DNA of 64,000 nt, taken from positions 11,004,633 to 11,068,632 of the forward strand of contig OZ037769.1 of assembly GCA_964035545.1 (NCBI GenBank), in the 5' to 3' direction. Positions 41,101 through 46,620 of this stretch are shown here, one piece after another (the first letter of the stretch is position 1; each line of letters starts with the position of its first letter). This DNA comes from Bugula neritina (lineage: Eukaryota; Animalia; Bryozoa). The notes under the pieces were generated by a model. It was not told where the DNA came from. It saw only the letters and a list, made by a program, of their open reading frames with translations, and did no database searches. Made by a program: the position numbers and the translations under genes.

Positions 41101-44100
41101 TCGCGTTCTCGTTTAAAATTTTCTTTTAATTTATTCTTTCGAGAAATAAAATCTTGTACGGTTTTATCTCTTTTTATAGGGTCGTGAATCTTTAAGTAAC
41201 TCATTTATTATATATTAATTTGTGTCTACTTTTTATGGACACAAACACATTTGTGTCTACTTTTTATGGACACAAACACATTTGTGTCCACTTTTGTGTC
41301 TACTTTTTATGGACACAAATACATTTGTGTCTACTTTTTATGGACACAAACACATTTGTGTCTACTTTTTATGGACACAAATGTGTTTGTGTCCACTTTT
41401 GTGTCTAGTGTCCACATTTGTGTCTAGTGTTCACTATAATCGTTCTAAAACGTTTAAATTTACCCAAGAGTTTTGAGAATCGGGATAACCTAACCATTTT
41501 ACTAAAGCCTTTTTACCTTTCTTTTTAATTACGCGTTCTATTCTATACATTTCTTGACTCGTCTTTTGTAATTCCTGTTCGTAAAAAGATCCTTGAATTT
41601 CTTCTCCACCCGAGTCGGTTAATTTATAAGTAGTCGGATTAGTATATAATATTTTACTTATAGTAAACACTTCCTCCGTCCATCTAACGGTATAACCTTT
41701 TTCAAACGTTCGTTTCTTACGAGGTATACGTACTCTATCACCTATAGCGAATTTAGGTTTAAAAGGCGCTGGTAAGTTTGAATATAATTTCACGCGTACT
41801 TTATTTTCATTAGAAGGATTACTAGCTTCAATCGGTGTCATTCCAATAGACGAATGTTTAGTCTCGTTATACCGTTTTACTAAATCTTTTAGTACGTCTA
41901 TATATTTATAAGTATTATTAGCCGAAAAATATTTAAACATTCGCTCTTTCATTGTTCTATTCCACCTCTCTACTACGCTAGACTTTTCTTCATTTTCCGT
42001 AGAATATAAGTCTATTAAAGACTTTACGTCTTTGTTATAAAATTCTTTTCCCTTGTCAACCCATAAATGTTGTGGCTTACGACGAGTTAAAATCGTTTTT
42101 AAAGCTAAAGCAACGGCTTTTCCGGTTTTATTTTTTAAAGGTATTATCCAACCGTATTTTGAAAACACGTCTATTACCGTTAGTAAATATTTATAACCGT
42201 TATTAAATTTAGCGAATTCAGTCATATCAACCAAGTCAGCCGCCCAAATATTATCGATACCCGATACCCAAACTCGTCTTTTACGAAATTTTTTTTGTAC
42301 GGGTTTATGTAGTTCTTCGGCTAACTCGTTCGTCCATCCCCATCCTAAGCGTTTTTTCGCTCCTATTATTGCCGAGGCGAAACGACTGTGTCGCTGTTCA
42401 GCGGGTGTAGGATTAGGTATAGCTTTCAATTCGTCTAGCATATTTTTATCGCATATTTCGTTTCTAGTCTTAGTATCTTTATTAAGCGCGTAACATACGT
42501 CGTGTCTCATGGCTATAGCGTCGTCTCGATCTACCGGTTTACTCCATTCTTTAGGAGTCGTGTCGTCATTAAGACGTTTATTTAATTTAGTACCCGGTCC
42601 TAAAAAATTATGGCCTGGATAATGCAATTCGAAGGGTAAATTATTTATTAAATTATTAGCTAAACCCGACCCAACGAATGTAGTTTTTTTACATCCGCAT
42701 TGACCGCAATTACCGTAACCCATTAGTCTATTATTTTTACTTACTCTCTTTTCGTAATTAAGAGTTTTCGTTTTAGTTTTACACTTACAACAATACATTT
42801 ATTATAATAAATGGAAAAAGAAAATCTTTCGTGGAAAAACGAAATTAATCGTAATAATAATCCTTTACTCCCTAAAAGCATAAGAGGTCTTATCGTTGGA
42901 AAGTCTGGATGCGGTAAAACTACGTTACTTTGTAACTTACTATTACAACCTAATTGGCTCGATTACGATAAACTTATGATTTACGGTAAAAGTCTTTCTC
43001 AACCCGAATATATAAATATGAGGAAGGCTTTCGAACTTAAATTAACTAAAGAAGAAATTTTAAATTTTTTTAAAAATAGTGACGCGATAATAAATTCGGG
43101 TATAAACGTAAATCGTGTTTTAAAAAATAGTAGGGGTAACGGTAATATAGACGCCGAATTTATAGAATCTAGTGACGACGTTTATGATCCTAGCGAATTA
43201 GACGTTAATAATAAAAATTTAATAATATTCGATGATTTAATGTTGGAAAAACAAAAAACTTGCGAAAGTTATTACGTAAGAGGACGACACAATAACGTCG
43301 ATTGTTTTTATTTATCGCAAAATTATTTTAAGCTGCCTAGAAATACTATTCGAGAAAACGCTAATTTTATTTGCTTATTTCCTCAAGACGGAAAAAATTT
43401 AAATCATATATATCAAGATCACGTAACCGGAGATTTAACGTTAAACGAATTTAAAAACTTTTGTTATAAAGGATGGCAAAAACCTCACGGCTTTATTACT
43501 TTAGATCTTTCTTCCTCAAAAAATAATGGGAGATATAGACACGGGTTAGACGAATTTTATATACCGTAATAAATGAGTGTTTATAAATTCGGAGGAAGCG
43601 AAAAAACAAAAATAGATACAAAAAAATTCGTTTTAATAAACGGTAGTAGTACTCTTACGGGTACATTAGATATGGGTGAAAATAAAATATCTAGAGTTAT
43701 TAATCCGGCTGACAATCAAGACGCGGCTACAAAAAAATACGTTGATGATACGAGTATGCCTAAAATACAAAACCCTATTAATCAGTTAACTATATCAACT
43801 GATGATGGACGCGTTATAGATAGTAATTTAAAAGTTGATGATGTTGTTACAAAAACTAATGTATTTAATTACGCAGTACCTCTTATACGAGACCCGAGTG
43901 AAAAATTAACCGTATCAACTAATACGGGTAATATTGTAGATAGTAGCTTAAGCGTTAGCGATATTGTTACGACTAGTAATATAAATAATTTCGCTATAAA
44001 TAAAATACAACCAGCGAATGAAAAATTAACCGTTTCGACTACTTCGGGTAATGTTGCGGATAGTAGTTTAAGCGTTAGCGATATTATTACGACTAGTAAT

Positions 44101-45680
44101 ATAAATAATTTCGCTATGAATAAAATACAACCAATAATCGGAAGTAAATTATTAATGCTTTCGAGTGATGGTAATATTGTAGAAACGAATATAAATATTT
44201 CGGATCTTATTACAATAAATAATATATCGGATTACGCTATTCCTAAATTACAGGGAGCAGTTGGTAATAAATTAATTATATCAACGAGCGATGGTAATAT
44301 AATAGAATCTACAGAATCTCAACCCACATTTCCAAGTTATAACGTTTAAACACTAAATTATTATATTCTTAACGTATAATAATTTATTATCTTATTAATA
44401 GTAACGAGTGAATGCATTCTGAAATAAAAGTTAATGTTTGTCCTAAAAACGTACAATTCTGAAACAAAACTCTATAAAATATTTTTTTATTCTAAATTAA
44501 CAGTAATAAAATAATAAACTATCCTAGAACGTACAATTCTGGGACAGTAAACTCAATAAAACAATAAACTGTCCTAAAACGTACAATTTCTAAAACTTAA
44601 TAAAAACATTAATAGAGTAGTAGTAGGTGGATGCGTCCTAGGACAATCCCTGACACCGGAGAGTCGAAGACTCGACGGGGGAAGGGTTGTCCTAGGACCA
44701 TCCACCTACTACTACTAATATCGCTATTATAAGTTTTATACATACAGCCGCCAGCCGGCCAGAGGCGTGTCTGGCTCCAAGGGAAGACCGAAGACTGCGA
44801 TACGAGCAGCAAGAGAAGTCAATGCAAAGCAGGAGAAAATAAGAGCCAATCGAATAGGTGCTATAGTCACTGCCATTATATAAAACTACAATATTTGATA
44901 TATAAATGTAAGTCTTTAATTATCTTTTCAAGTACTGCATGCATGAAAATTTGTTTTGGAAATTTCTTATACTATAATTATAGTCTATAAGTGTTTATAC
45001 TATATCATGACATAGTTTGTAGAAACAAACCTATAAAGGTATAATTAACATAGCATTCACATATATGGCAAAACTCATTGTGTAAACTGAAATGCAATTT
45101 TGCAACTACTCTGAACAGATTTGTAAATGTATTAAGCCACTTTTCTAGACAAGAAGATGAAAGTCAAATAAAAATACAAATCATTCAAGTGATTGAGCAG
45201 TCATAGCATTTAAGAAAGATTAAGGCTTATTTTGTTAGAACGAATAATTTTCGTAAAAGCATGTTCTCAGAATTAGGGTGTTTTACGAAGCATGTGAGAT
45301 TGCTGTCTGCAAATTAAAAGAGAACTCTGGTATTACAGTACTTAATTTTACAAAAATTACAAAGCTTAGAAAGAAGGTGTTACAAAAGAAAATGCCCAAA
45401 GATTTAAAATTTAAAATTAATTTTTCAACAGCAGAATATGTCTTTCTAAAAATGTTTCAAACAAATTATTATCATTAAAACACCAAAACCAGTTTTAATC
45501 AAACAGCCAAAGATACAAAAACACAAAATGAATGTAAACACTCACAACTATTCTATCCCAAAACGTTGTGTAGAGAGTATATCTAAAAGGGTGAGTATTG
45601 AGCGAGCTGTCTGACACAGAGTTATTATGTAATCCATTGCTGTCTCTTTTGTAATCCAAGTCTTCTGCTGCCTCGGCCAT
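25558..45680 (-). CDS. LPCAT-like lysophospholipid acyltransferase paralog A (~352 aa, 7 exons; Polinton in intron 2)
   Basis: Exons 45546-45680, 44746-44885, 29265-29482, 28278-28451, 26796-26889, 26063-26200, 25558-25717; TIAPIR, EAPILVMAPHTSSIE, WPQIIILPEG, FKTGAFLPGVPVQP, PVYDPSEAEKENAELYARNVR. Confidence 0.88.
27275..27487 (+). mobile_element. tRNA-derived SINE copy, full length
   Basis: GGGAGCAGCCATGGTCTAGGG...GGTTCGAGCCC...TATAAACTTGCGTGAGT. Confidence 0.85.
27853..28063 (+). mobile_element. tRNA-derived SINE copy with (TGAG)n tail
   Basis: Same family; followed by the second copy of a 19-bp direct repeat. Confidence 0.85.
29068..29155. repeat. (TG)n microsatellite
   Basis: Directly visible. 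Confidence 0.97.
30270..30496 (+). repeat. Left TIR of the Polinton; outer 101 bp form a hairpin
   Basis: Reverse complement of 44482-44716; outer 101 bp differ at one base, inner part has substitutions and a ~9-bp indel. Confidence 0.95.
30505..31029 (-). CDS. Polinton orphan paralog 3 (174 aa)
   Basis: ORF shares LYWTDK, YDISGAEHNVP, YPSHKP, DTPASEIT, LPFHYV blocks with its two neighbours. Confidence 0.85.
   Translation of the reverse strand: MNIYKFNKVDITTNKAFISGIINNNKFYYYENINSFTVDLINDYLVNKPIKITHALIQFYGEHYTKNKTKALYWTDKKIGLHIRNSVNPFDESKENLFYDISGAEHNVPYSKININKIINANNNFSFTIALSSDYPSHKPNDVILTDTPASEITDTALPFHYVYFKLYYNSINE
31026..31562 (-). CDS. Polinton orphan paralog 2 (178 aa)
   Basis: Same conserved blocks; ATGA overlaps with both neighbours. 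Confidence 0.85.
   Translation of the reverse strand: MNSVYIFGNSAKANIINEKPYITNIIIPSYFIKNIRDDYFEGILIRDFLVDEPIEITNILVHFYGEQAHNTKELYWTDKRLNLEIRNSANTFKYSDVAENIFFSYDISGAEHNVPFSEINVNKIIEANKNFSLSIILSKTYPSHKPSNVILTDTPASEITNAALPFHYVLIKLYYNYK
31559..32071 (-). CDS. Polinton orphan paralog 1 (170 aa)
   Basis: Same conserved blocks; ATG immediately follows the protease stop. Confidence 0.85.
   Translation of the reverse strand: MTSVYIFGNSANIINEQPYITNIIIPSEFTYYLGGFTTTLIKDFLVDEPIEITDILIQFYGEQAHNTKKLYWTDKRIGLHIRNSTELFNPSNENTFYNISGNEHNLPFSEINANKIIKANKNFKLTMSLSKNYPSHKPSDVILIDTPASEITDAALPFHYVLVKLYYNYK
32072..32485 (-). CDS. Adenain-like cysteine maturation protease
   Basis: GTHWVA (His), YFDSFG (Asp), VQ...ICGHLC (Gln, Cys) motifs. 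Confidence 0.93.
   Translation of the reverse strand: MIKIKNIKLQNKALSNIELEFAIKKLKIPFFRGVFSRNDLPDKPRKKECGILNLDDLMGNGTHWVAWYKNGNKKYYFDSFGLHPPLEIMKYLKPPIFYNTERVQKFGTVICGHLCLYWLKEMFKRESPQLIINKLLI
32478..36137 (-). CDS. Protein-primed family B DNA polymerase (1219 aa)
   Basis: Exo motifs YADFE, HNLSGYD, YMEVD; pol motifs YLDANNLYGWAM, KLMNNSVFGK, FTDTDSL; also Rho_N-like N-terminus, OTU-like segment, Zn finger and endonuclease VII-like insert. Confidence 0.97.
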   Translation of the reverse strand: MEFNTKITVKALKALAKERGLKRYSRLKKAELIRLLSPMDEPVPNIGQAPLIPTPVKKIMREIFTQTTRNIKKWVIKPITKIINPIKDKIMALYNQPKLKEQAANGWFQTYEIKGLPKYDIDSFSKLVKLNVIELLKPTIKVKIFMYCEMEKINVRTGETIVEIMPFTSNIETILESTNINEIYDEIIERIKENFASLNAKGSSWMFKAIKKMEININKYQPLNGSSWIDLPKEIKLKKAVINPKNEDNKCFMWAILMSVYTPKNHPERINNYKEYVNKFSWEGVEFPATKKSIDAFEEVNSDFGINVFTWDGKTINLWKKTKNQGKIINLFYISDDKKSHYAYIKNLNKLLGSQINKRVSAKHICVNCMNSFRSNESLKKHQDWCLTNEGVTTVFPKIENKIKFQSSHHCRSMRVPFVVYADFECFTKPIQSCQPNFQKSYTNQYQQHEPSGFGYYIVSVTGECEYRSYTKQYEDENIGELFMRLLELDIKNLYKKHKFPKSMEISASEQKSFELAENCYICEEKLGNDRVRDHCHLTGNYRGAAHNNCNLNYKIPKFYPVFIHNLSGYDAHLFVKNLSGEISCIPNTEEKYISFNEKIIVDEFTNNEGKKVKVTREIRFLDSYKFMSSSLASLVANLKRNDFKYLQQHFNNENKLSLLLRKGVFPYDYFNNVSVLDETSLPPKEKFYSSLTESNISDEDYEHAQNVWREFNMKTFREYHDLYMEVDVIQLADVFENFRDVCLEYYKLDPAWYYTAPGLSWDAMLKTTELELDPITNIEQLLFFEKGIRGGVSMISHRYARANNEYMTNYNPKEPSSYITYLDANNLYGWAMSKNLPVSNFKWLSERECRKLEKSLNFPPSFLEVDLEYSKKLHDTHKDYPFCPERIIINKVEKLVPNLNNKKNYVIHYKALEQCLMYGLKLTKIHRGITFNESNKLEKYIKLNTELRTLAKSDFEKDFFKLMNNSVFGKTMENIRNRVNIKLITSESEAKKLTNQPNFKNFTIFSKNLIAVHMNVVKLKFDKPIYLGAAILDISKTLMYDFHYEYIRLKYGNKAQLLFTDTDSLMYHVQTKDFYKDILPDIENKFDTSNYPKNHKSGIPTGKNKKVIGKFKDEAGGKQITEFIGLRAKLYSYKMDDIEEKKCKGINKTTRDNRITFDDYKECLLTRRNQFRTMNVLRSHKHTMYAETINKVALSSEDDKRIILKNGIMTVPYGYIND
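36216..36473 (-). CDS. Polinton hypothetical protein (85 aa, or 75 aa from the ATG at 36443)
   Basis: ORF fills a gap in the compact element; start uncertain. Confidence 0.55.
   Translation of the reverse strand: MIFIILLFYNMDLTVELLDKLIAKTEQKKYTPLLEYLYIPVINNISLKEINFRTRKQIPNINKYFYIKSILKREAYKLKEENRDV
36486..36965 (+). CDS. Polinton putative membrane protein (coiled coil + two hydrophobic helices)
   Basis: 159-aa ORF with ATAAATG start; hydrophobic LICGVIITALI and LLPLSIIVSIMSVIT. Confidence 0.75.
   Translation: MDFRREKLELLNDEIIKLENEYEQKLNRFNWLSKSLKIISGLCGTTNLICGVIITALINANVTKQTLLPLSIIVSIMSVITTSISSQDTKLIKSTLMYLDIYTFIKDSKLEINSMLSKFLSDSYIDEQEYDAITEKYKNINSVIVNKKSDIIVARNNVC
37040..37426 (-). CDS. 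Polinton hypothetical protein (128 aa)
   Basis: ORF with ATAAATG start and repeated (T/I)-I-(Y/T)-(K/Y)-like strands. Confidence 0.7.
   Translation of the reverse strand: MSTVITYKSLDGTPITETIYKTSEYEKRVYEGGDIKERIIYKNFNILDEMNNSTNECGLLEEITYNNKKEIIYKENDGKLKIKTIYKTKEIIQELNVGLMNYAAARIPSFFTKLKYAEDEIEKRRNDS
37446..38015 (-). CDS. Putative virion core protein, adenovirus pX-like, with several adenain sites
   Basis: MSGG/FLGALLGIA resembles the pX C-terminal region; IKGKG, MKGNG, IKGEG fit (M/I/L)XGX/G. Confidence 0.75.
   Translation of the reverse strand: MGYCEIIGNVPQAQKQKIMNAYRSGKGCVIKLPLESGNDKLVVTKTQNDNILKALNANKKNITLEMSPSLVKTNASMSGGFLGALLGIATRVIPTLLKTIIPGVLSGAASAGVERAIKGKGLYLKKGGCVCSVEPNLNGSITLKPVASSNLMKGNGLYLKQGSSYIKGEGLILGPNSPFKNIPLLGMLL
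38028..38786 (-). CDS. Minor capsid (penton) protein
   Basis: Size, position next to MCP and Polinton mCP-type motifs LNPPIEL, FPNIS, LPVGVYE, VLGF, CINGSY, LIYLPV, DQKGNLLDLSGE. Confidence 0.85.
   Translation of the reverse strand: MENKLLREIADNTASKQTMTIGVTDTKTRIITQLNPPIELNKNKKYEMCLISLDTFYSFPNISTDRNSYRWSKDGGTTWHLVSLPVGVYELDQLEETIQDEIVKEGGNRNGITLQANKVTFRIILKLKPNYRIDFNVENSLRDVLGFDAAIYNQPYIEATNIVNILNINAIHVQVDCINGSYIDGTYKPVIYSFFPSVSPGYKIIEKPHNLIYLPVHVKYIKTLTVTVTDQKGNLLDLSGEQLSIRFHLREV
38787..40061 (-). CDS. Major capsid protein (double jelly-roll)
   Basis: 424 aa; EIRIVINQQDLYVQPSKSYL, YLFKSIRYQL, LFGFADDYEK, EKPKYIIVGFQ, LNSERYP, LFVIDVSKQ typical of Polinton MCP. Confidence 0.9.
   Translation of the reverse strand: MDSLNITQKIVLDTSVERDQVHEYEPVTGTNLNTPSEIRIVINQQDLYVQPSKSYLIIEGRLTKNDGTAYADADLVTLTNNGMAYLFKSIRYQLDGHDLEYINNPGHASTMMGLLTYPDDYGKSRGLNQLWSKDTTAAAAAANLGFNARQIYIIQKPDPKGTFSIKVDLRHLFGFADDYEKVLYGIKHQLTLVRDTNDNAIYRANGVDAGKITLNKVSWWMPHVTPSFEMKHKLYKIIESKAQLPLIYRSRWCDSIAVPQTTNFTWRLGSRGDTEKPKYIIVGFQTDKTESQTTNPAVFDHVNVKSIYAMLNSERYPEVDYDIDFAKMKFSRVYGDASKFCGEYYGINELIAYSNVLPSEYKDLYALFVIDVSKQSEALKSSVADIQLRVQFSQNVPADTQAYALILSDKTMSLSSDGNNLKVI
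40083..40394 (-). CDS. Small basic putative core/membrane-active protein
   Basis: YAGGG followed by amphipathic IFDTIRNVVTKIAS; C-terminal LEGSG fits the adenain consensus. Confidence 0.7.
   Translation of the reverse strand: MYVYDKRQRLQKHYAGGGIFDTIRNVVTKIASNSSVRELGKKAIAKAGTAAGEKIVNAIKKRRQKKLNAKSQAILQKLNQTKNILNNNNISNILEGSGQAIAY
40398..41204 (-). CDS. Polinton hypothetical protein (268 aa), probably conserved
   Basis: N-terminal coiled coil; C-terminal YLSSDPNALVERLELL..AGNTGVRNEIVSILDEL resembles a recurring Polinton core-gene domain (recalled, not searched). Confidence 0.7.
   Translation of the reverse strand: MSYLKIHDPIKRDKTVQDFISRKNKLKENFKRERERELNAAIAQEKYFEPVTTSQAQTTDALKQLLTLPNYNVQPAITDGVINLDEYTQNALAGLEPGAYNVKWDGNRHVIGTKPISFNDGKIIFENEEYPATRGLLSLLTRKTPIGYDDNDLANYANILDNSGAIYQSKHGPIDKNSEKWKNIVRPIWEQLYPQRAKLADSKKAKRQVGDGVVYLSSDPNALVERLELLISSAKAGNTGVRNEIVSILDELLRMKIITRDYYKSILV
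41219..41433. repeat. Array of 31-bp palindromic units TTTGTGTCTACTTTTTATGGACACAAACACA inside the Polinton
   Basis: Five units plus partial copies, intergenic. Confidence 0.9.
41434..42798 (-). CDS. Retroviral-like DDE integrase fused to an N-terminal Zn ribbon and parvovirus-type PLA2, with C-terminal chromodomain
   Basis: CCKC...CGQC; HNFLGPGT...DAIAMRHDVCY; WAADLVD, WVDKGKEF, VVERWNRT; YRIERVIKK...ALVKWLGYPDSQNSWV. Confidence 0.95.
   Translation of the reverse strand: MYCCKCKTKTKTLNYEKRVSKNNRLMGYGNCGQCGCKKTTFVGSGLANNLINNLPFELHYPGHNFLGPGTKLNKRLNDDTTPKEWSKPVDRDDAIAMRHDVCYALNKDTKTRNEICDKNMLDELKAIPNPTPAEQRHSRFASAIIGAKKRLGWGWTNELAEELHKPVQKKFRKRRVWVSGIDNIWAADLVDMTEFAKFNNGYKYLLTVIDVFSKYGWIIPLKNKTGKAVALALKTILTRRKPQHLWVDKGKEFYNKDVKSLIDLYSTENEEKSSVVERWNRTMKERMFKYFSANNTYKYIDVLKDLVKRYNETKHSSIGMTPIEASNPSNENKVRVKLYSNLPAPFKPKFAIGDRVRIPRKKRTFEKGYTVRWTEEVFTISKILYTNPTTYKLTDSGGEEIQGSFYEQELQKTSQEMYRIERVIKKKGKKALVKWLGYPDSQNSWVNLNVLERL
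42811..43569 (+). CDS. A32/FtsK-like DNA packaging ATPase
   Basis: Walker A GKSGCGKT, Walker B IIFDD, RGRHNN, YLSQNYFKLP..IREN. Confidence 0.95.
   Translation: MEKENLSWKNEINRNNNPLLPKSIRGLIVGKSGCGKTTLLCNLLLQPNWLDYDKLMIYGKSLSQPEYINMRKAFELKLTKEEILNFFKNSDAIINSGINVNRVLKNSRGNGNIDAEFIESSDDVYDPSELDVNNKNLIIFDDLMLEKQKTCESYYVRGRHNNVDCFYLSQNYFKLPRNTIRENANFICLFPQDGKNLNHIYQDHVTGDLTLNEFKNFCYKGWQKPHGFITLDLSSSKNNGRYRHGLDEFYIP
43573..44349 (+). CDS. Fibre-shaft-like repeat protein (258 aa)
   Basis: LDMGENKI...DNQDAATKKYVD neck-like motif followed by ~5 repeats of 40-41 aa (KLTVSTxxGNIxDSSLSVSDI). Confidence 0.75.
   Translation: MSVYKFGGSEKTKIDTKKFVLINGSSTLTGTLDMGENKISRVINPADNQDAATKKYVDDTSMPKIQNPINQLTISTDDGRVIDSNLKVDDVVTKTNVFNYAVPLIRDPSEKLTVSTNTGNIVDSSLSVSDIVTTSNINNFAINKIQPANEKLTVSTTSGNVADSSLSVSDIITTSNINNFAMNKIQPIIGSKLLMLSSDGNIVETNINISDLITINNISDYAIPKLQGAVGNKLIISTSDGNIIESTESQPTFPSYNV
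44482..44716 (-). repeat. Right TIR of the Polinton
   Basis: Inverted copy of 30270-30496; hairpin at 44616-44716. Confidence 0.95.
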
Positions 45681-45719
45681 TGTGAATGTTAGCTCTGCAG
45701 TACAATAGAACTCTTAGTA

Positions 45720-46620
45720 TACCACATGTGTAGACTATAGATGGTATGCTACATAGTATATAGGTGGTATATACCATAGTATATAGATAGTATATCCCAT
45801 AGTATATAGATGGTATATTACATAGTATATAGATGGTATATTACATAGTATATAGATGGTATATCCCTTAGTATATAGGTGGTATATTACATAGTATATA
45901 GATGGTATATTACATAGTATATAGGTGGTATATTACATAGTATATAGATGGTATATTACATAGTATATAGATGGTATATTACATAGTATATAGATGGTAT
46001 ATTACATAGTATATAGATGGTATATTACATAGTATATAGATGGTATATTACATAGTATATAGATGGTATATTACATAGTATATAGATGGTATATCCCTTA
46101 GTATATAGGTGGTATATTACATAGGATATAGATGGTATATTACATAGTATATAGATGGTATATTACATAGTATATAGATGGTATATCCCTTAGTATATAG
46201 ATGGTATATCCCTTAGTATATAGGTGGTATATTACATAGTATATAGATGGTATATCCCTTAGTATATAGATGGTATATCCCTTAGTATATAGGTGGTATA
46301 TTACATAGTATATAGGTGGTATATTACATAGTATATAGATGGTATATCCCTTAGTATATAGATGGTATATCCCTTAGTATATAGGTGGTATATTACATAG
46401 TATATAGGTGGTATATCCCTTAGCATATAGGTGGTATATCCCTTAGTATATAGGTGGTATATTACATAGTATATAGGTGGTATATTACATAGTATATAGG
46501 TGGTATATCCCTTAGTATATAGGTGGTATATCCCTTAGTATATAGGTGGCATATTACATAGTATATAGATGGTATATTACATAGTGTAGATGGCTTATAC
46601 CACATAGTGTAGATGGTATA
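45720..46620. repeat. Minisatellite, 23-bp unit TATATTACATAGTATATAGRTGG and variant TATATCCCTTAG...
   Basis: Tandem array just upstream of the LPCAT-A start codon. Confidence 0.95.

Larger units (their letters stand above)
30270..44716. mobile_element. Intact Polinton/Maverick (adintovirus-like endogenous dsDNA virus), 14,447 bp
   Basis: AGTAGT...ACTACT termini, 6-bp TSD AATATC (30264-30269, 44717-44722), ~230-bp TIRs, uninterrupted ORFs for pPolB, integrase, protease, ATPase, MCP and mCP. Confidence 0.97.

Noticed and set aside
41219-41433. Possible CRISPR-like array of palindromic repeats
   Set aside because: No unique spacers, units are contiguous, no cas genes, eukaryotic context
41220-41476. 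Two plus-strand ORFs in the viral repeat array
   Set aside because: Products of the 31-bp repeat, with non-ATG starts
44609-44812. ORF crossing the right TIR
   Set aside because: Alternative frame of LPCAT-A exon 2 running into the TIR; no independent support
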